Source: Arcobacteraceae bacterium (GTDB taxonomy: Bacteria > Campylobacterota > Campylobacteria > Campylobacterales > Arcobacteraceae). Taken from it: DNA of 64,000 nucleotides. Position numbers and translations under genes: made by a program. Positions 61,927-64,000 of the stretch are shown one piece after another. The notes beneath the pieces are model-generated. The model searched no databases and had not been told where the DNA came from. It was given only the letters and a program-made list of their open reading frames with translations. The stretch lies in assembly GCA_963662945.1 (NCBI GenBank), contig OY759974.1:1920001-1984000 (forward strand), given 5' to 3'. Numbering within the stretch: position 1 is the first letter of the stretch; every line of letters begins with the position of its first letter.

Positions 61927-63300
61927 CTATTTTTTATTCTCAAAAATTCTCTCTGTAAACTCTGCAAATTTTCCTCTTACAGCTTTATCTAACTCTATAG
62001 CAAACATACTAAGTTCTGGATGTTGATGACTTGTATGTTTAAGAAGTGTTGTAAGACCATTGTTGTATTTATTTAGGTACAAGTTATCTATTTGTCTATT
62101 TGACCCGATAACCACACCCATACAACTTTCATCAAGTCTACTTAAAATAAGTTGCGTTGTATTTTCACTACTATTTTGCCATTCATCCATTATTACTATT
62201 GCATCACTTAGAGTTCTACCCCTTGCTTCCCCAGGCCAAAGCATCTCTATATTGTATTTGTTTATTAGCTCTTCTATTTTTGATTTTATTGATTCTTGAT
62301 TTTCTTTGTTTTCATTCTTTTTGAGTCGTTTTTTTGCTATGAACTCTAAAGTATCGTATAAAGCCATATTGTAGATTCTAAATTTCTCATCATTTCCAGC
62401 TAAGTATCCTACATCTGCACCTTTATCAAGTGACTCTATAGAGTTTCTTACATATACTATCTTTTCATAAGCTCCAATATCTATAAGTCTCATAGCACTT
62501 GCAATACTCATCAGTGTTTTTCCACTTCCAGCTTTTGCATCTATAACCATAAGGTTGTACATATTTGAAAGCATAGCTTTGAGGAAAAACTTTTGTTTGA
62601 GATTTGCAGGTCTTATTACAAGTGAGTTAAACAGTGCATCTTCTATGATATCAATTTTTTCATTGACAATAATTCCATACGTTGAGTTTCCATCTTTTGA
62701 CAAAAACTTATAACAAAAGTTTTGGATATGATAATCTGGGTCTATATCTTTGATATTTGATAAGTTTAAAGAGTTAAATCGTGATGAGTCCAGCTCAATC
62801 TCTTTTACAAATTCAAATGTAGGAATATCAGCTTTGTCTTCATGTAAAGTTTCTGTTTTTATATTTGCAAAAAGTGCAAATGTTCGTGCATAAATATCAA
62901 TTGAGAGGAAAACTACTTTTTCCCCTGTATAGTATTCTTTTGCTACTTTTGCAACCTCTATGATTCTTTTATCATTGCTTTCAGCGATATTGTGTGCTAA
63001 CACTTCACTTTCATATTTATCTTTTGAAATAATATGTATCTCAATATTGTCATCATAAAGTTTTACTACTTTGAAATCTTTTTTATAATCAATTTCTTTG
63101 ATTTTTGTTTGTGCTAAAAATCTTGCGAATTGTCTTGATTGATAACCAAGTTCATTAAAAAGTTTTTTCTTATCTTCTAACTCTATTAAAACCGTTTCTG
63201 GTATTACAACAATGTTTGTGCCATTATCTGCAATATTATAAATATTTTGGATATTTTGTAAAATAACATTTGTATCAACTACGTAGATTTTTTTTCCCAT
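61927..63300 (-). CDS. PhoH2-type protein (PIN domain plus PhoH ATPase)
   Basis: YVVDTNVIL, V..ELED, NDKRII PIN motifs; AKAGSGKT, RGRTL, DEWQN. Confidence 0.9.
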   Translation of the reverse strand: MGKKIYVVDTNVILQNIQNIYNIADNGTNIVVIPETVLIELEDKKKLFNELGYQSRQFARFLAQTKIKEIDYKKDFKVVKLYDDNIEIHIISKDKYESEVLAHNIAESNDKRIIEVAKVAKEYYTGEKVVFLSIDIYARTFALFANIKTETLHEDKADIPTFEFVKEIELDSSRFNSLNLSNIKDIDPDYHIQNFCYKFLSKDGNSTYGIIVNEKIDIIEDALFNSLVIRPANLKQKFFLKAMLSNMYNLMVIDAKAGSGKTLMSIASAMRLIDIGAYEKIVYVRNSIESLDKGADVGYLAGNDEKFRIYNMALYDTLEFIAKKRLKKNENKENQESIKSKIEELINKYNIEMLWPGEARGRTLSDAIVIMDEWQNSSENTTQLILSRLDESCMGVVIGSNRQIDNLYLNKYNNGLTTLLKHTSHQHPELSMFAIELDKAVRGKFAEFTERIFENKK

Positions 63301-63349
63301 AAGAAGCCTTTTTTTATTTGGTTAGTGTTTTATTTTATCTGTTTTAATT

Positions 63350-64000
63350 TTACTGCAAAAATACTTTAGCAATCTCATCACTAAGTTCTAGTTGTGTGGA
63401 TATACCTACACAAGAACAGTTAATCTCACTTAAAACGAGTCTATCTTTCCCTTTTTTATCATAATCAAGAATATAATCCATAGTCCAAAGTAGGGGATAG
63501 CTTTGTTCGTTGAGATGTTTTTTTATATCTTTTAAAGCTTTGTTTGTAAGTTCTACCACATCTTTATATTTTGAATTATCAGGTTTGTGATATTCATACT
63601 GTGCACCACTAAAGAGTGTAGCTGAGAACTCTCCATTTTGTGGTTTTTTGTGAACGATACTTACAATTTTATCATTTACAAGGATTGCTCTTATTTCCCC
63701 TTCATTGATTCTAGGTAAATATCTACAACCTACAAAACCACTTTTCCCTTTAAAATATACTTCATTTGAATCATCATAATCAAATTTTTCTTTGAAGCTT
63801 TTAAGAAACTCATCTATATTTGTATAAAAGTATTTAGTATTATCAACAGCTTCTGTACAAACAATACTCTCATCATCTCGCAAGTTTATAAGATAAACAC
63901 CAACTCCTGTTGAGCCATAGTTTGTTTTTAATACTCTAACTCTATACTTTTCAAGGATTTGTGGAAACTCTTTTTTAAACTCTTTGTATGTATGAAAAAA
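63350..64000 (-). CDS. ATP-grasp-like protein resembling the Cj0069 family (5' end outside window)
   Basis: Frame open to 64000 (RVLKTNYGSTGVGVY); YLPRINEGEIR, FSATLFSGA, LSEINCSCVG. Confidence 0.75.
   Translation of the reverse strand, partial: FFHTYKEFKKEFPQILEKYRVRVLKTNYGSTGVGVYLINLRDDESIVCTEAVDNTKYFYTNIDEFLKSFKEKFDYDDSNEVYFKGKSGFVGCRYLPRINEGEIRAILVNDKIVSIVHKKPQNGEFSATLFSGAQYEYHKPDNSKYKDVVELTNKALKDIKKHLNEQSYPLLWTMDYILDYDKKGKDRLVLSEINCSCVGISTQLELSDEIAKVFLQ

Overview
Very AT-rich bacterial chromosome segment from Campylobacterota, probably Arcobacteraceae-like (inferred from the rplU-rpmA-obgE-proB-fmt-birA-parAB-atp-tol/pal-slyD-fabD-mtnN gene order, HQWRQP-type histidine kinases and [10 protein letters not shown]-type chemoreceptors). 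1-11 kb: photolyase end, three kinases with no adjacent response regulator, and a solute-binding protein. 11-38 kb: housekeeping block, interrupted by an inverted yhiI-rbbA-yhhJ-like ABC operon. 38-47 kb: TsoY-like membrane protein, ribA-dksA pair with an operator-like palindrome, radical SAM plus an uncalled 51-aa ORF, YceI, chemoreceptor and a two-component pair. 47-61 kb: phosphate-starvation locus. A TGTAA(C/T)-N5-TGTAA(C/T) direct repeat lies exactly 10 bp upstream of a -10 box at five promoters (pstB, pstC, an unknown gene, a CZB chemoreceptor, an HD dNTPase-like gene) and in reverse orientation in the leader of the pit transporter. 61-62 kb: an apparent integrase-less integron cassette (attC, matching GTTATAT entry site, promoter) carrying an unknown ORF and a GNAT, abutting a truncated ORF6N gene. 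No rRNA, tRNA, CRISPR array or transposase was seen. All product calls come from motif recognition, not database searches.
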